In this document: positions 9,042-17,030 of the stretch, piece by piece
Layout of the letters: the number at the start of each line of letters is the position of its first letter
How positions within the stretch are numbered: the stretch's first letter is position 1
Origin: an uncultured Pseudomonadales bacterium
GTDB taxonomy: Bacteria; Patescibacteriota; Microgenomatia; UBA1400; MFAQ01
Direction of reading: 5' to 3'
DNA length: 61,281 bases
Assembly (NCBI GenBank): GCA_964357975.1
Contig: CAYHNG010000007.1
Span: forward strand, 1 to 61,281
The notes under the pieces: model-generated
Database searches by the model: none
What the model saw: only the letters and a program-made list of their open reading frames with translations
Told to the model about the DNA's origin: nothing
Position numbers and translations under genes: made by a program

Positions 9042-9428
9042 ATGTTTACACTCACCAAGAAGGCTGATTATGGGATGGCTTTGCTCTCTGTCCTGGCTCA
9101 AAGGGGGCGGGGTAGGCGTGTTTCACTAAAAGAACTATCTGAGTTAGGCATGCCTAGGGCCTTTATGGCGAAGATTGCTGGTTCTCTAGTAGAAGCTGGA
9201 ATCTTGAACTCGAAAGAGGGTAAGGGTGGTGGCTTTAGCCTAAACTACGAACCAAAGGAAGTACAGATACGAGAGGCTCTTGAGGCTATTGAAGGTGAAG
9301 TTGAGCCGGTCAGTTGCCAGGCTTGTCCGATGGTCGGGGGTTGCGGCCAACAAGGGTTTATGGGCAGGTTGACCGGAGAGATCGTGGGACTACTGGAGAA
9401 ATATACGTTGGAGGATTTAATAAAATAA
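9042..9428 (+). CDS. Rrf2 family transcriptional regulator (IscR/SufR-like, probable Fe-S sensor)
   Basis: N-terminal wHTH (MFTLTKKADYGMALLSVLAQ) and a C-terminal Cys cluster with CxxCx5C spacing (SCQACPMVGGC). It is the first gene of the suf operon. Confidence 0.85.
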   Translation: MFTLTKKADYGMALLSVLAQRGRGRRVSLKELSELGMPRAFMAKIAGSLVEAGILNSKEGKGGGFSLNYEPKEVQIREALEAIEGEVEPVSCQACPMVGGCGQQGFMGRLTGEIVGLLEKYTLEDLIK

Positions 9429-9429
9429 T

Positions 9430-10155
9430 ATGCTAACAATACAAAAATTAAAGGTAAGGGTAGAAGACAAAGAAATCCTGAAAGGGATAGACTTGGAAAT
9501 TGGTGAGGGAGAGGTGCTTGCGCTTATGGGTCCGAACGGGTCGGGCAAATCGTCTCTCGCCAACACGCTGATCGGAAATCCGAAATACGAAGTGACTGAA
9601 GGAGAGATCGTGTTTGATGGGAAAAATATAAACGAGATGAAGCCTGAGGAGAGAGCTCGTTTGGGTATCATAATGGCGTTTCAGTATCCAGTGTCCATAC
9701 CGGGAGTCACGATTAGAGAAATGCTGTTAGCGTCTCTCCGAGCGAGGGGGTTAACTGTGAGTGCTCTGGATTTGAAAAAACAAATTGCCGAGGAGGCAGA
9801 AAAGCTGAAGATTGATCCGGCTCTGCTCAGTCGCAATCTCAATGAAGGGTTCAGTGGGGGAGAAAAAAAGAAAATGGAAATACTACAGATGAGGGTATTA
9901 ATACCGAGACTGCTTATTTTGGATGAAGTTGACTCTGGGTTGGATATTGATGCTTTGGCTCTGATTGCTCAGAACATAGTGGAGATGGTGAAGGATACAA
10001 CAATGAGTGTATTGGTAATCACACATTACCAAAGATTACTAAAATACCTAGTACCCAAGAAGGTGGTGGTGTTAAAAGCCGGATTGGTGGTCGATAAGGG
10101 GGGTAAAGAAATTGTGGATAACTTAGAAAAAGAGGGATATAAAATCTATGAGTAA
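9430..10155 (+). CDS. sufC: Fe-S cluster assembly ATPase SufC
   Basis: Walker [13 protein letters not shown] signature FSGGEKKK, and Walker [13 protein letters not shown]. It lies immediately upstream of sufB. Confidence 0.95.
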   Translation: MLTIQKLKVRVEDKEILKGIDLEIGEGEVLALMGPNGSGKSSLANTLIGNPKYEVTEGEIVFDGKNINEMKPEERARLGIIMAFQYPVSIPGVTIREMLLASLRARGLTVSALDLKKQIAEEAEKLKIDPALLSRNLNEGFSGGEKKKMEILQMRVLIPRLLILDEVDSGLDIDALALIAQNIVEMVKDTTMSVLVITHYQRLLKYLVPKKVVVLKAGLVVDKGGKEIVDNLEKEGYKIYE

Positions 10156-11560
10156 GAGTACTGATAAGGACAAGCTGTTACAGGAAGATACTTATGGTTT
10201 GGGACATACGGATGAGGTAGAGTATGAGTACCAGTCTCCGGTTGGCTTAAACAAAGAGTTGATATTAAAAATGTCGGCTTTAAAAATGGAACCGGAATGG
10301 ATGCTGGAGAGAAGATTAAAAGCTTTAAAAATATACGAAGAGATGCCCTTGCCCACTTGGGGTGGAGATCTCTCCCCTATTCATGCCGAAGACATCCATT
10401 ACTATACGAGACCAAAAATGGAGCAGGCGAAGTCTTGGGATCAAGTGCCGGACGCTATCAAGGAGACCTTCGAAAAAATTGGTGTTCCTGAAGCCGAACG
10501 AGAGATGCTAGCCGGAGTTAAGGGACAGTATGACTCTGAAGTAATCTATGGATCGCTGAAACGAAACCTGGCCGAAAAAGGGATTGTGTTTTTATCGATG
10601 GATGAAGGATTAAAACAGTACCCAGAACTGGTCAAGGAATATTTTGGAAAAGTGGTTCCGATTGGAGACAATAAACTAGCCGCCCTAAACAGTGCAGTGT
10701 GGAGTGGCGGATCATTTGTCTATGTTCCTAAAAATGTAGACGTGGGACTCCCCCTGCAGGCGTATTTTAGAATCAATACCGAAAGCGCCGGACAGTTTGA
10801 AAGAACTTTGATCATTGCAGATGAGGGTAGTAAGGTGCACTACATTGAGGGATGCTCTGCCCCATCATTTTCATCGGCCTCTTTGCATTCGGCGGTGGTG
10901 GAGATCTTTGTGAAGAAAGGAGCGAAGGTACAGTATTCAACCGTGCAAAATTGGTTTAAGAATGTATATAACTTGGTGACGAAAAGAGCTTGGGTGGAAG
11001 AGAACGCCGAAATGAAGTGGGTAGATGGAAACTTGGGATCAAAACTAACAATGAAATATCCCTCTTGTTTACTGGCAGGAAGAAAGGCACATGGTGAACT
11101 GCTGTCGATTGCTTGGGCCGGTGCAGGACAACATCAAGACACAGGAGCGAAAATGATTCATCTGGCTCCCGAAACAACCTCGCTGATTGTCAGTAAGTCG
11201 GTGAGTAAAGGAGGGGGAAGGGCGACATATCGAGGGATGGTGCAAATGGTACCTGGAGCGTACGGATCAAGATCTAAAGTGGTCTGTGATGCCTTGATTT
11301 TAGATGAAAAAAGTAGATCGGACACTTATCCAGTGAATAAAATCATGGAGAACGATGTCGTCTTGGAACACGAAGCGACAGTTAGCCGAGTCAGTGAAGA
11401 ACAGCTTTTGTATTTACAAAGTAGAGGCATTAATGCTGATGAGGCGGGTACAATGATCGTAAATGGATTTATGGAGCCGGTGATAAAAGAGATTCCCTTA
11501 GAATATGCCGTAGAGATGAATCGATTGGTGGGTCTAGAGATGGAGGGGAGTGTTGGGTAA
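10148..11560 (+). CDS. sufB: Fe-S cluster assembly scaffold SufB
   Basis: 470 aa with typical SufB blocks ([23 protein letters not shown] and [21 protein letters not shown]). Overlaps sufC by 8 nt. Confidence 0.95.
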   Translation: MSKSTDKDKLLQEDTYGLGHTDEVEYEYQSPVGLNKELILKMSALKMEPEWMLERRLKALKIYEEMPLPTWGGDLSPIHAEDIHYYTRPKMEQAKSWDQVPDAIKETFEKIGVPEAEREMLAGVKGQYDSEVIYGSLKRNLAEKGIVFLSMDEGLKQYPELVKEYFGKVVPIGDNKLAALNSAVWSGGSFVYVPKNVDVGLPLQAYFRINTESAGQFERTLIIADEGSKVHYIEGCSAPSFSSASLHSAVVEIFVKKGAKVQYSTVQNWFKNVYNLVTKRAWVEENAEMKWVDGNLGSKLTMKYPSCLLAGRKAHGELLSIAWAGAGQHQDTGAKMIHLAPETTSLIVSKSVSKGGGRATYRGMVQMVPGAYGSRSKVVCDALILDEKSRSDTYPVNKIMENDVVLEHEATVSRVSEEQLLYLQSRGINADEAGTMIVNGFMEPVIKEIPLEYAVEMNRLVGLEMEGSVG

Positions 11561-11585
11561 AACTCAAAAATTCAAAAACTCAAAA
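11559..11585 (+). repeat. A-rich CTCAAAAA(W)TTCAAAAA low-complexity repeat (sufB-sufD spacer)
   Basis: Reads AAAACTCAAAAATTCAAAAACTCAAAAC. The 19-mer AAAACTCAAAAATTCAAAA recurs exactly at 12549-12567. Confidence 0.7.
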
Positions 11586-11589
11586 CATA

Positions 11590-12072
11590 ATGAATATACA
11601 AAGATTTAAATTAGATAAGCCGGGAGAAATTGATTTGGTCGTTCCCTTTGTGTCTCCAGGCGAAGAGCGGGAGATCTTAGGTGTGGTGTCGGCCATGGAA
11701 GCGGGAGAATACAAGGTAAGAGTGGTGGCTGACCATGTGGCGACGAACACTTTTGGAAGAGTAGTCATTAAGGGCGCGGCCGCCAATGGTGCCCACATTA
11801 GCATTGATGGCTTAGTGAAGATTGGAAAAGAGGCGAGGAAGACTGACAGCTTTTTGGAGATGAGGATACTGCTATTGGACAAACAAAGCAGCGCAGTGGC
11901 CGAGCCCAAGCTGGAAATTGAGAACAACGATGTAAAAGCTTCGCACGCCGCGACGGTCGGGAAAATTGATGAAGATCAGCTTTTCTATTTGGCAAGTAGA
12001 GGAATAGAAAGAGACGAAGCTAAAAGATTGATAGTTGAGGGGTTCCTAAAAGAGGTGGAGGGGGTAAAATAA
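11590..12072 (+). CDS. sufD: SufD-like protein, C-terminal beta-helix portion only (160 aa)
   Basis: KASHAATVGKIDEDQLFYLASRGIERDEAKRLIVEGFL matches the SufB/SufD C-terminal block. The protein is about one third of normal SufD length. Confidence 0.7.
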   Translation: MNIQRFKLDKPGEIDLVVPFVSPGEEREILGVVSAMEAGEYKVRVVADHVATNTFGRVVIKGAAANGAHISIDGLVKIGKEARKTDSFLEMRILLLDKQSSAVAEPKLEIENNDVKASHAATVGKIDEDQLFYLASRGIERDEAKRLIVEGFLKEVEGVK

Positions 12073-12076
12073 GCAT

Positions 12077-13387
12077 ATGTTTGATGTTGAAAAAGTCAGA
12101 AATGATTTTCCGATTTTGAAAAGAAAGATTCACGGTCATGATTTGGTGTTTCTGGATAGCGGGGCGACCAGCCAGAAACCGGAAAGTGTGATCAAGTCTA
12201 TGGATGACTTTTATCGAAAGACGAACGCTAATATTCACAGAGGGGTGTATGAAATGTCGGTAGAGTCTACCCGTCTGGTGGATGAAGCCAGAAAAAAAGT
12301 AGCCAATTTTATCGGTGCCAGACCGGAAGAAATTATCTTTACCAGGAATGCCAGTGAAAGTATAAATCTGGTGATGTATTCATGGGGAAAGGATAATGTA
12401 AACGAGGGAGATGCGGTGCTGGTGAGCAGATTGGAACATCATTCAAATTTGGTACCTTGGCAGGAGCTTTGCCGAGAAAGAAAAGCAGAACTGAGGATTA
12501 TTGATGTGGATGGGGAGGGGAAATTGATAGAAAAAACTCAAAAAATCAAAAACTCAAAAATTCAAAACGAGGTTGTTAATGAGAAAGGGTTGAAAGTAAG
12601 GTTGGATAGCTTTGAGAGTCTAATAGCGGATGGAAAGGTCAAGTTGTTTTCGGTCACGGGGGCGTCGAACGTACTGGGAACTTTGCCGGATACAAAAGCA
12701 ATGATCAAAACGATAAAGAGTAAATCCCCAGAAGCTAAAGTCTTGATCGATGCATCTCAGATGGTACCTCATATGAAGGTGGATATAAAAAACTTGGGGG
12801 CAGATTTTGTAGCTTTTTCGGGACACAAGATGCTTGGACCGACAGGAACGGGAGTACTTTGGGGGAAGAAAGAAATACTGTCAAAGATGAGACCGTTTTT
12901 ATATGGTGGCGATATGATCGGAGAGGTCAAAATCACGGGGGCTACTTGGGCAGAGATACCGAGTAGGTTTGAAGCCGGAACGCCAGACATTGCCGGCATA
13001 ATTGGACTAGGGGCGGCAGTGGATTATCTGGAAAATCTGGGAATGGATAATGTTCGAGAACACGAAAAAGAACTAATAAAATATGCACTGGAGAAAATGG
13101 CTAAATTGGAAGAAGAGGGCTTGGTAAAGCTCTATGGTCCGAGAGATATTGAAGAGAGAGGAGGAGCACTGGCATTTAATGTGGTAAATGTACATCCACA
13201 TGATGCGGCCCAAATCTTGGATGGTTTTGGTATTGCGGTGCGGTCCGGTCAGCACTGTGCGGCACCACTGGTCACCAGCTTTGGAGTGCCGGCGATGGTA
13301 AGAGCGACTTTCTATGTGTACAACACCAAGAAAGAAATTGATTATCTTGTGAGTAAAATAAGAGAAGTACCAAAAGTATTTGCCTAA
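12077..13387 (+). CDS. sufS: cysteine desulfurase SufS (class II aminotransferase V)
   Basis: PLP-lysine block FSGHKMLGPTGTGVLWG and active-site region RSGQHCAAPL. It carries an extra roughly 22-25 aa segment encoded by a low-complexity repeat (see findings). Confidence 0.9.
   Translation: MFDVEKVRNDFPILKRKIHGHDLVFLDSGATSQKPESVIKSMDDFYRKTNANIHRGVYEMSVESTRLVDEARKKVANFIGARPEEIIFTRNASESINLVMYSWGKDNVNEGDAVLVSRLEHHSNLVPWQELCRERKAELRIIDVDGEGKLIEKTQKIKNSKIQNEVVNEKGLKVRLDSFESLIADGKVKLFSVTGASNVLGTLPDTKAMIKTIKSKSPEAKVLIDASQMVPHMKVDIKNLGADFVAFSGHKMLGPTGTGVLWGKKEILSKMRPFLYGGDMIGEVKITGATWAEIPSRFEAGTPDIAGIIGLGAAVDYLENLGMDNVREHEKELIKYALEKMAKLEEEGLVKLYGPRDIEERGGALAFNVVNVHPHDAAQILDGFGIAVRSGQHCAAPLVTSFGVPAMVRATFYVYNTKKEIDYLVSKIREVPKVFA
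12531..12568 (+). repeat. the same A-rich repeat inside the sufS coding sequence
   Basis: AAAAAACTCAAAAAATCAAAAACTCAAAAATTCAAAAC is translated in frame as KTQKIKNSKIQN. Confidence 0.7.
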
Positions 13388-13393
13388 AGAAAG

Positions 13394-13801
13394 ATGACGG
13401 ATTACAAAGATATCATTATTGATCACTATAAAAATCCAAGAAATTTTGGTTCATTGGAAGATGCAGATATTAGTATGGACGAGTCGAATGCGTCGTGTGG
13501 AGATATGATACAAATTCAGGTGAAAATTGGGACAAGGAAGGAACCTGGGTTGCCACGCTCCGCTCGCAATGACGATGAAGTGATAAAAGAGATGAAATGG
13601 AGAGGGGTGGGGTGTGCGATTTCGACGGCGGCGGCCAGTATGCTGTCGGAGAAAATCGTGGGTATGAATAAAAAAGAACTTGAGGATTTTGGAGAAACCG
13701 GAATAGTAGAAATGCTTGGTGGAGAGGTAAACGCAGGTAGAATGAAGTGTGCTACACTCGCCTATCGTGGGATATTGAAAATATTTGAAAATAATAATTA
13801 A
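13394..13801 (+). CDS. sufU: SufU/IscU-type Fe-S/sulfur-transfer scaffold
   Basis: Contains HYKNPRNFG, CGD, GVGCAIS and RMKCATL cysteine blocks. A 14-aa insert lies between the first two Cys blocks and is encoded by an interspersed repeat. Confidence 0.85.
   Translation: MTDYKDIIIDHYKNPRNFGSLEDADISMDESNASCGDMIQIQVKIGTRKEPGLPRSARNDDEVIKEMKWRGVGCAISTAAASMLSEKIVGMNKKELEDFGETGIVEMLGGEVNAGRMKCATLAYRGILKIFENNN
13548..13575 (+). repeat. GATTGCC...TCGCAATGAC-family repeat copy inside the sufU coding sequence
   Basis: ggTTGCCACgctccgcTCGCAATGACGa has the same ends as the intergenic copies at 13806, 20604 and 48083. It is translated in frame as LPRSARNDD. Confidence 0.75.
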
Positions 13802-13805
13802 TATA

Positions 13806-13840
13806 GATTGCTGCGTCATGAGTGCATGACTCGCAATGAC
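13806..13840 (+). repeat. GATTGC...TCGCAATGAC-family repeat copy (sufU-dsbA spacer)
   Basis: Reads aGATTGCtgc-GTCATGagtgCATGAC-TCGCAATGAC, with an internal 6-bp hairpin. Confidence 0.7.
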
Positions 13841-13848
13841 AATAATTT

Positions 13849-14484
13849 ATGAATGATTGGAAATTGATTCTCAAAGTAACGATTGGCTGTGCGGGACTCT
13901 TGCTGGTAGTCCTTTGGGGTTTGTCGAAAATGGCCGGACCCGGAAATGCTCTGAAAGTGGACGAGAAAGTCCTTTTAGATGGAGCCAGATTTGTTAAAGA
14001 GAACGGGGAAACAAAAGTAACGGTAGTAAATTTTTCCGATATCCAATGTCCCGTGTGTAAGGAGGCAGATCGACAAACAAAAGAATTGTTCGATATGACT
14101 GGAGTAAGAATGGTGATGAGGCTTTTCCCTTTGCCGGCAACGCTTCATCGTTATGCCCTGATTTCGGCTAAGGCGGTGGAGGCTGCCAGGATCATGGGAA
14201 AGGGTTGGGAAATGACTGGCCTGATGTATGACAAACAAGAAGAATGGTCGGCGGCAGATAAACCGGAAGATCGATTTGCAGAGTATGCAAAAAGTCTTGG
14301 TCTGGATGAAAGAGTTTTTAGAGAAAAGTTAAACTCGGAGGAAGTGGCACAGAACGTACAGGCAGACGCCAACTTGGCGGCATCTTTACAGTTACCGGGA
14401 ACTCCGACGTTTTTTGTTAATGGGGAACAGGTGGGGACCACATTCGTAGTAGACAAGGTTAAACAATTATTGGAAGCTAAGTAG
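13849..14484 (+). CDS. membrane-anchored DsbA/thioredoxin-fold thiol:disulfide oxidoreductase
   Basis: N-terminal TM, CPVC active site (IQCPVCKEA), and C-terminal GTPTFFVNG typical of the DsbA/Trx fold. Confidence 0.7.
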   Translation: MNDWKLILKVTIGCAGLLLVVLWGLSKMAGPGNALKVDEKVLLDGARFVKENGETKVTVVNFSDIQCPVCKEADRQTKELFDMTGVRMVMRLFPLPATLHRYALISAKAVEAARIMGKGWEMTGLMYDKQEEWSAADKPEDRFAEYAKSLGLDERVFREKLNSEEVAQNVQADANLAASLQLPGTPTFFVNGEQVGTTFVVDKVKQLLEAK

Positions 14485-14485
14485 A

Positions 14486-15175
14486 ATGCAAATAGGTCTA
14501 CCCATACTGACGGTGACGGCTCTGGCTAATGGGATCAATCCGTGTGGTATAGGGATGATGATTACCTTTTTGGGTTATCTTCTGGTGTTCGGAGGAAAGG
14601 GTAAAGACAAAAAATGGCTATATAAGGTAGGAGTAGTCTACATCTTGAGTGTTTTTGTAACCTATCTGTTGCTGGGCTTGGTGTTTTATGGGGCGGCATA
14701 CTATCTGCAAAGATGGTGGTTGGCGGGAGTCTTTAAATATATTATTGGAGGGGCCATTGTGGTGGCCGGATTAATTCAACTAAAGGATGTTTTTTGGCAA
14801 GACCTACCGATTCATCTGCGAATGCCGAAGGTCGGGTTTGAAAGGATAAACAAGCTGATGGCGAAGACGAGTGTGGGGGTGGCTGCCTTGATCGGGATGC
14901 TGACAACAGTTTTTGCTACCCCTTGCATGATGCCACTGTATATAGGAACAACGGCTGTCATTGCCAGGTCCGGTCTACCCATGTTTCAAGTACTGGGGTT
15001 ATTCCTGTATTACAATTTGATTTTTATTCTACCCCTGATCTTGATTTTGGTGGCGATGAGTGAGGGAAGACAGGTGGTGGATATGAAGGAGTGGGAACAT
15101 AGAAATACCAAGTGGATGAGATTTGTCTTAGGGCTGGTGCTATTAATTGTAGGTATACTGATTATTAGGAGATAA
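14486..15175 (+). CDS. CcdA/DsbD-family thiol-disulfide electron-transfer membrane protein
   Basis: Six TM segments with the two membrane-embedded Pro-Cys motifs of the family (NPCGIGMM and TPCMMPLY). Confidence 0.6.
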   Translation: MQIGLPILTVTALANGINPCGIGMMITFLGYLLVFGGKGKDKKWLYKVGVVYILSVFVTYLLLGLVFYGAAYYLQRWWLAGVFKYIIGGAIVVAGLIQLKDVFWQDLPIHLRMPKVGFERINKLMAKTSVGVAALIGMLTTVFATPCMMPLYIGTTAVIARSGLPMFQVLGLFLYYNLIFILPLILILVAMSEGRQVVDMKEWEHRNTKWMRFVLGLVLLIVGILIIRR

Positions 15176-15191
15176 TATAATTAGAAACCGC

Positions 15192-15899
15192 ATGATACCG
15201 GAAAGAATAATTGGGAAAGTAGAGTACAAAGAAAATTTGGCCGGAAGTAATTATCTCGTCAGAATTGGTTTTGAAAAGAAAGTAGATTTTACGCCCGGTC
15301 AGTACGCCAGCTTGAAGGTGAGTGAAGACGGAGTCAGAAGATCATATTCCGTAGCCAGTTTGCCCGGGGAAAGAGTGATAGATCTGTTGGTGGACGTGAG
15401 TCCCATGGGGGTGGGTTCCAAGTATATACTCGGATTAAAGGTTGGTGATCACGTCGAAATATTGGGTTTTCTGGGAAAGTTTACTATAGACGATTCCGTA
15501 CTCCTCGAGGCCAAGCAAATACTTTTTTTGGCTACCGGAACCGGAATTGCGCCTTTGAGACCGATGATAGAAGACTTGCTTTACAAGAAGCGTTTTGGAG
15601 GAGAGACAAGAATTGTTTGGGGGATGAGACATGAAGAAGACCTGTATTGGCTAAAGGAAATGGACAATATTAATAGAGACTTCGATAATTTTAAGTTTGA
15701 CGTGGTGATCTCCAGACCAACAGAAGATTGGCCCGGACTTAAAGGACATATTGGGAACGTGGTGGATCGATTAATTCAAGATTGGAGTAAGACACTCGTC
15801 TATTTGTGTGGCTCCCCGGAGATGATAAACGAATCGGAAGAAAAACTAAAAACAAAAGGTGTACCTGAGAAATACATCTTTTATGAGAAATATTTTTAA
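15192..15899 (+). CDS. FNR-like FAD/NAD(P)H oxidoreductase
   Basis: FAD motif RSYSVAS, NAD(P) motif ATGTGIAPL, and C-terminal YLCGSPEM. No Fe-S domain is present. Confidence 0.75.
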   Translation: MIPERIIGKVEYKENLAGSNYLVRIGFEKKVDFTPGQYASLKVSEDGVRRSYSVASLPGERVIDLLVDVSPMGVGSKYILGLKVGDHVEILGFLGKFTIDDSVLLEAKQILFLATGTGIAPLRPMIEDLLYKKRFGGETRIVWGMRHEEDLYWLKEMDNINRDFDNFKFDVVISRPTEDWPGLKGHIGNVVDRLIQDWSKTLVYLCGSPEMINESEEKLKTKGVPEKYIFYEKYF

Positions 15900-15926
15900 T
15901 AAACTAAACGAGAGGAGGTGTAATGA

Positions 15927-16118
15927 ATGAGGAATAAGGATAAGCTGATGGTAGGCAAGATACTGATTTATGCTTCGATATTAGCGGTTCTGATGGCCTT
16001 GCTGGGTGCACTGGGGAGTGATCTGTGGTTAGCCAGCACACAATGGATGTTAGTGGGGCTAACTTTAGCGATTTGGGGGGTCTTTGTTTTGATTGAAGCA
16101 CAGTTTAAAATAAGGTGA
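15927..16118 (+). CDS. small two-TM membrane protein
   Basis: 63-aa ORF with a strong SD (GGAGGTG, 15914-20) 6 nt upstream. Its stop overlaps the next start. Confidence 0.4.
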   Translation: MRNKDKLMVGKILIYASILAVLMALLGALGSDLWLASTQWMLVGLTLAIWGVFVLIEAQFKIR

Positions 16119-16420
16119 TGGAAATGATTGAAGATAAGATACGCGAAGCCTTGAAAAAGGTAATTGATCCGGAGCTTGGAGTAAGTATCGTGGATTTGGG
16201 ATTAATTTACGATATACGATACGAGAACGGAGATGCAGAAATTGAGATGACTCTGACTAGTCCTGGTTGCCCTCTTGCGCCAGTGATAGATAAACAAGTT
16301 AGAGAAGCTATCAAAAATGTTCGAGAAGTTAAAAACGTGACGGTTGAGCTGGTCTGGGATCCGCCATGGAGCAAAGACGCCATGTCGGAGGAACTAAGGG
16401 CCGAGTTAGGTATCGATTAA
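16118..16420 (+). CDS. DUF59/SufT-like Fe-S assembly protein
   Basis: Contains IREALKKVIDPELGVSIVDLGLIYDI and the TSPGCPLA cysteine motif. The start could be GTG 16115, ATG 16118 or ATG 16124. Confidence 0.8.
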   Translation: MEMIEDKIREALKKVIDPELGVSIVDLGLIYDIRYENGDAEIEMTLTSPGCPLAPVIDKQVREAIKNVREVKNVTVELVWDPPWSKDAMSEELRAELGID

Positions 16421-16592
16421 TTTATCTTGGGTTCGAAGCCCGCCAAAAACCATACTCACGCGTTACTATCTCGTCCCGCCTCCAGGTAGGCGGGATACCT
16501 TTCAGCTCGTATGTACATGTTCCGTGTGGTTTGTTGGCTAGTCTTCTGCACCCTGCAATAAAATAATCGCTTGGTTTGATATAGTAGAGGTA

Positions 16593-17030
16593 ATGAAAGT
16601 AATATTGGGGGCGGATCATGGAGGATTTAAGATGAAAGAGTTAATTAAGCAATGGCTGGCCGCTGAAGGATATACGGCGGAGGATGCCGGAGCCGAAAAT
16701 TTAGTGGTTGAGGATGACTATGTATATTTTGCCAAACAAGCAGTAAAAGCGGTAACTTCTTCAGGTGACAGAGTGATATTGTTTTGTCGGAATGGATTTG
16801 GAATGGTAATTGCAGCGAATCGATTTGCGGGAATGAGGTGCGGACTGGCTTTTGACGATGAAGCGGTGAAAAAGGGTCGGACGGATGATGATATAAATGC
16901 ACTGGCTGTACCCTCCGATTATGTTGACGAAGTCTCGGTAAGGAGAATGATAAAAACCTTCTTAACCGTAGAAGCATCTCGCGAAGACAAATATAGAAGG
17001 AGAATTATGAAATTAGATAACTTAATTTAA
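16593..17030 (+). CDS. rpiB: ribose-5-phosphate isomerase B
   Basis: Contains MKVILGADHGGFKMKE and CRNGFGMVIAANR (catalytic Cys region). The extended -10 TGaTATAGT ends 7 nt before the ATG. Confidence 0.9.
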   Translation: MKVILGADHGGFKMKELIKQWLAAEGYTAEDAGAENLVVEDDYVYFAKQAVKAVTSSGDRVILFCRNGFGMVIAANRFAGMRCGLAFDDEAVKKGRTDDDINALAVPSDYVDEVSVRRMIKTFLTVEASREDKYRRRIMKLDNLI

